Below are positions 47,044 through 47,974 of a DNA stretch of 47,974 bases, one piece after another (position 1 is the first letter of the stretch; every line of letters starts with the position of its first letter). Where the stretch lies: the NCBI GenBank assembly GCA_036703375.1, contig DATNPC010000503.1, forward strand, positions 1-47,974, given 5' to 3'. This DNA comes from Allocoleopsis sp. (lineage in GTDB: Bacteria > Cyanobacteriota > Cyanobacteriia > Cyanobacteriales > Coleofasciculaceae). The notes below the pieces were generated by a model. The model saw nothing but the letters and a program-made list of their open reading frames with translations. It made no database searches and had not been told where the DNA came from. The position numbers and the translations under genes were made by a program.

Positions 47044-47640
47044 TTACCAAATCTGAGTCAAATCCAAGACAAATCCCGGCAGTACATCCTCCCCTGAAAT
47101 GGTAGTTGGCGAGTCTAGCACTACAACCTCTTGCCCTGGTTTGTAGACTTCTACCTTGTTCGTTTTTGGGTCAATTAACCAGCCCAAACGCACACCATTA
47201 TCGATGTACTCTCGCATTTTCTCCTGAAGTTCTTTCAATGTGTCATTTTTGGAGCGTAGCTCGACCACAAAATCAGGAGAAAGCTGGGAAAACTCTTGCT
47301 GTTCGTCTTCACTTAAGGTGTTCCAGCGTTCATTACTCACCCAAGTCGCATCTGGTGACTTCACAGCACCATTGGGTAAAGTAAACCCAGTGGAGGAGTC
47401 GAAGGTTTTACCCAAGCCTGTTTGTCGATTCCAAAGCCAGAGTTGACCATAGACTTCGCCATTTTTCTTACCTGTCCAGGGGGTTGTTGGGGGCATAACA
47501 ATTACTTCTCCCGTCGCAGCACGTTCTAACCGCAAGTCCCGGTTGGCTTCACACAGTTTCAGAAAGTCCTTACTGGTTAGGTTGGGGATGGTGAGGGTGA
47601 TGGGGTTCATGGCTAACAGGTTGGGTACTGGCCTAATCAC
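47044..47640 (-). CDS. Uma2-family (DUF820) endonuclease
   Basis: 198 aa. Typical Uma2 pattern ...ERAATGEVIVMPP...SSTGFTLPNGAVKSPDATWVS...PDFVVELRSKNDT (PD-(D/E)xK-like). Confidence 0.88.
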   Translation of the reverse strand: MIRPVPNLLAMNPITLTIPNLTSKDFLKLCEANRDLRLERAATGEVIVMPPTTPWTGKKNGEVYGQLWLWNRQTGLGKTFDSSTGFTLPNGAVKSPDATWVSNERWNTLSEDEQQEFSQLSPDFVVELRSKNDTLKELQEKMREYIDNGVRLGWLIDPKTNKVEVYKPGQEVVVLDSPTTISGEDVLPGFVLDLTQIW

Positions 47641-47772
47641 ATTTTGTCAGCAAATTTATCTGCGTAAGGGCGCAAAGCAAGAAATCGGCGTCAATTTAAG
47701 CCCAGGCGAGGAGGAAGTCGCGGCGACAAAAACCAAGTCTGCCTGGTATTGTTCCATAGACCTGTGAAAGAA

Positions 47773-47974
47773 AGTCTCCTTTCATCCTGGAGTGTGAGCG
47801 GTACGCTCATGAACGTCTCTTGCATAAATCCTGGAATGCCCCCTAAATCCCCCAATTCTGGGGGACTTTGATTTCCGGTTCCCCCCAAAGTTGGGGGGCT
47901 AGGGGGGCGAAAATTGACTGCGAGCAAGAGACGTTCATGAGCGTACCGCTCACACTCCAGGATGAAAGGAGACT
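47773..47974. repeat. Foldback element: perfect 51-bp inverted repeat flanking a 100-bp G5/C5-rich core (truncated by the window end)
   Basis: IR-L 47773-47823 (AGTCTCCTTTCATCCTGGAGTGTGAGCGGTACGCTCATGAACGTCTCTTGC) is the exact reverse complement of IR-R 47924-47974. The core contains the CCCCCAATTCTGGGGG and CCCCCCAAAGTTGGGGGG hairpins. Confidence 0.9.

Noticed and set aside
47691-47927. 78-aa minus-strand ORF (…PPTLGGTGNQSPPELGDLGG…) and ORF 21782-22060
   Set aside because: Both are translations of foldback or MITE-like repeats (G5/C5 modules and the 16-bp IR element), not genes.

Overview
This is a cyanobacterial chromosomal segment. The evidence is exact HIP1 palindromes (GCGATCGC) scattered through most genes, STRR-like heptamer arrays in intergenic regions, ntcA, a ferrochelatase with a CAB/Hlip tail, and hli genes. 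I support about 40 protein genes and recognised no rRNA, tRNA or CRISPR. Housekeeping genes are moaA, rpsD, ntcA, fabI, hisB, dusB, rpsU (missing from the ORF track), hemH, argJ and gatB.

The accessory blocks are:
- (a) A putative DUF928 / CHASE2 class-III cyclase / cNMP-gated MscS channel operon (2417-6968).
- (b) A four-gene glycosyltransferase cluster (7102-12142).
- (c) A 1055-aa protein with three tandem TIR domains, one TM helix and a WD40 propeller (26261-29428). This is my top candidate for an undescribed sensor-effector or defence-like system.
- (d) Two tandem hli genes with a perfect HLR1 box.
- (e) A tnpB-only IS200/IS605-type element with matching end hairpins, inserted just upstream of an S9 peptidase.
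- (f) Two paralogous orphan histidine kinases, one with an ethylene-receptor-like N-terminal domain, flanking a GST and an AT-rich PIN-like/KTSC fusion.
- (g) A signal peptide / HEAT-repeat / TM / NACHT-like NTPase (44256-46916) with an Uma2 nuclease upstream, an RHH protein convergent, and G5/C5-rich foldback (MITE-like) elements on both sides.

The gatB-argJ spacer also holds a tandem pair of ~55-nt terminator-ended units that look like duplicated sRNA genes. All calls come from reading translations and motifs by eye. No database search was run.
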